Assembly (NCBI RefSeq): GCF_963921235.1
Contig: NC_086097.1
Span: 86,430,001 to 86,494,000 of the forward strand
Source: Mobula hypostoma
Lineage: Eukaryota
DNA length: 64,000 nucleotides
Reading direction: 5' to 3'
A program made the position numbers and the translations under genes. Below, one piece after another: positions 61,701 to 64,000 of this stretch. The stretch's first letter is position 1, and every line of letters begins with the position of its first letter. The notes under the pieces were generated by a model that worked only from the letters and a program-made list of their open reading frames with translations, had not been told where the DNA came from and made no database searches.

Positions 61701-63220
61701 AGATAACCTGTTACTGTATATCTCTAATCCAGAGAAATCCATCCCTGCAGTAATATTACTACTTCTTCAGTTTAGTAGTTTTTCTGGTTATAAATTGAAT
61801 CTTAATAAGAGTGAGCTTTTTCTATTAAATATGCAAGTTACAATCTATAGACAATCACCATTTAGACTGGTTCCTGATTATTTTACTTATTTGGGTGTTA
61901 AAATTATTAAGGAGCATAAGGATCTATTTAAAGTTAACTTTTTACCCTTAATTGATCATGTTAAACAACTGCTTACGAAATAGTCCCCACTGTCCCCATC
62001 ATTGATTGGTTGAATCAATGCTATTAAGATGATTATTTTACCTAAATTTCTGTATCTATTTCAGGCGGTACCAATCTTCATCTCTAAATCCTTTTTTGAT
62101 ATTATTGATTCTAAAATTTCTTCATATATATGGCAGAATAAAAATCCTAGATTAAGCCAAGTTCTTGTTTGCTTTATCAGAGTGTATTGTCTTCAAATGT
62201 GCAGGAGCCTGGATGGTTTCATCACCTCATTTTAAAATACCTTTTCACACAACAGACATATTGGCTGCTGTGGTTGCTTGGTGCTGGCATAAATTCATAT
62301 CTCAGATACTCCACGCTTCTTTTTCAATTGGTCTGCTTCTGCTATTTTTATTATGGATTAACGACCATGGTCAATTGCTTTTGTTTAAGTCCAATCTCCC
62401 TTAAGCACAGCGATCAATAAAGGGGAAAGTTATGACATCATCATAGTTCAGGCAAAACCTGACACTCTACCTGAAGGTAATAAGTGGGGTGGTGATACCT
62501 TGATTGGGCCGTGGGCTATAGAAATGCTTTCAAGACCACTCTGAAGGTCAGATTCTGAACTTTACCCCACTGGATGCCATACCCTAATTCACAGGAATTA
62601 TGTCACTGCATGATTAGAGTATAGGAATTGCACTAGTTAACACTGTACTACAGTAGTGAACGGCAACAATTCGTGGGCTAGGCCTGAAAATAACAATTTA
62701 TTCAGTCCAGATTTCTCATAATATGACAAATAGAGCAGTGCCACATTGCTTTTCAACAACTATAACACACTTCAAGCAAAGTCGAAAAGAATGTTGGGTT
62801 AGCAAGAGATTAGGTGATTACGTGATCATTGTAATCAATTATGAGGCACTGACAATCAAATGCTTATCACAAACAATTCATTTCTTAAATTAAGGTCCTC
62901 AGCTGCCCCCTTGATACCGAGCCCCCCCACCACCACCCTCTATCTTTATCGCCTCCTCCACCACCCCTTAGAAATTACCACTGCTCCCAGGGGAGTTATA
63001 TCTTTCACTTTGCAAACCACTGCTCTACACACCTGGACTCTCAAATAGATCTTTGCCTTGGCAAGTGGGAAAGGTAATTAGGCTTCTTTGTACAAAATAA
63101 AGCTTTCAAAGGTATCCTTTAAAACGTATTTTGCTTTGTCAGAAAAAATTGCTATGTCCTTGACAAAAATACAAAATGTTGGAACAATTTAATGTGACTT
63201 TTAATCTTACAGTATTTCTA

Positions 63221-63442
<222 letters not shown>

Positions 63443-63616
63443 TTAAAAAGAGTAAAAACAGTTGTAGAATATCTTGTAACATTTAAAGCAGTGATCTGCA
63501 AGCAGGCGATGAAATCTAACCCAACCATTTTTTAATATAATCACAGGAAATAACCAGGAAAGACCATCAAAAATCAGCAGAGAAATAAATATCAGCACAA
63601 AACCTTAATTGTGCTT

Positions 63617-63755
63617 TCTGTCTGTCTGTCTGTATCTTGTTTTATGGCGGTTGGCATCCAGCTTAATGGTGCATTACCGCCACCCTCTGCTCCAGAATGT
63701 GCACTAGACATACATTCTAAATCCCTTCACCCAATTGCGCGCGTGCACACACACA

Positions 63756-63789
<34 letters not shown>

Positions 63790-64000
63790 TATATATACAA
63801 ACCTACACTTCACCCTCCCATCTTTGACCATCCTAGTATCCTATTCCTGTTTATTCGTCATATTCTATAAAAAACCCCTGTACCCCTTAAAAACGCTAAA
63901 AATACCCGGACTTGTGCTCTCTCACCCATGCCCAGCAACCCTTTTAATGTGAATTCCTGCATCCCCAACTCCCTTAATTTATTTCTCATCATCTCTCTCT
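63617..64000 (-). mobile_element. Second copy of the I/Nimb-like LINE 3' end (runs off the window)
   Basis: Near-identical reverse complement of ~24635-24978, with a longer (CA)n. Confidence 0.85.

Larger units (their letters stand above)
55888..62160 (+). mobile_element. L1-clade LINE: 5'UTR, ORF1 (ATG 56083, split by Penelope), inter-ORF spacer and ORF2 (ATG 59608; APE and RT); 3'-truncated and defective
   Basis: ORF1 IIGLREDVE, PRHVILRF, LLFPARLRV. ORF2 AQETH, NIYAPN, GKAPGLDG, SLDAEKAFDRVEW, GTRQGCPLSPLLF, LYADN. Confidence 0.92.

Overview
Vertebrate genomic DNA. The repeat content (CR1 LINEs, V-SINE and Deu-type SINEs, Penelope, Rex1/Babar, L1, Tc1) suggests a cartilaginous fish, probably a ray or skate; this is an inference. 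The only host gene is the 3' two-thirds of MAP3K9 (MLK1) on the minus strand. Eight coding exons run from the end of the kinase domain (63419) to the stop codon (8785). All have GT-AG boundaries and consistent phases, giving 2212 nt of CDS; the 5' exons lie beyond the right edge. The introns are filled with mostly defective, often nested retroelements. Main points of interest: (1) minimal type-I hammerhead ribozyme motifs at Penelope termini, four of them on the MAP3K9 sense strand and two in one intron with complementary loop-3 sequences; (2) a Penelope insertion with ~670-bp inverted arms and a 12-bp TSD inside L1 ORF1; (3) an L1 3' fragment with twin-priming 5'-inversion geometry; (4) young tRNA-derived SINEs with TSDs; (5) a 7 x 43-bp minisatellite derived from a SINE B-box. 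No CRISPR array or prokaryotic system is present. Coordinates were read by eye; boundaries of old repeats are approximate.
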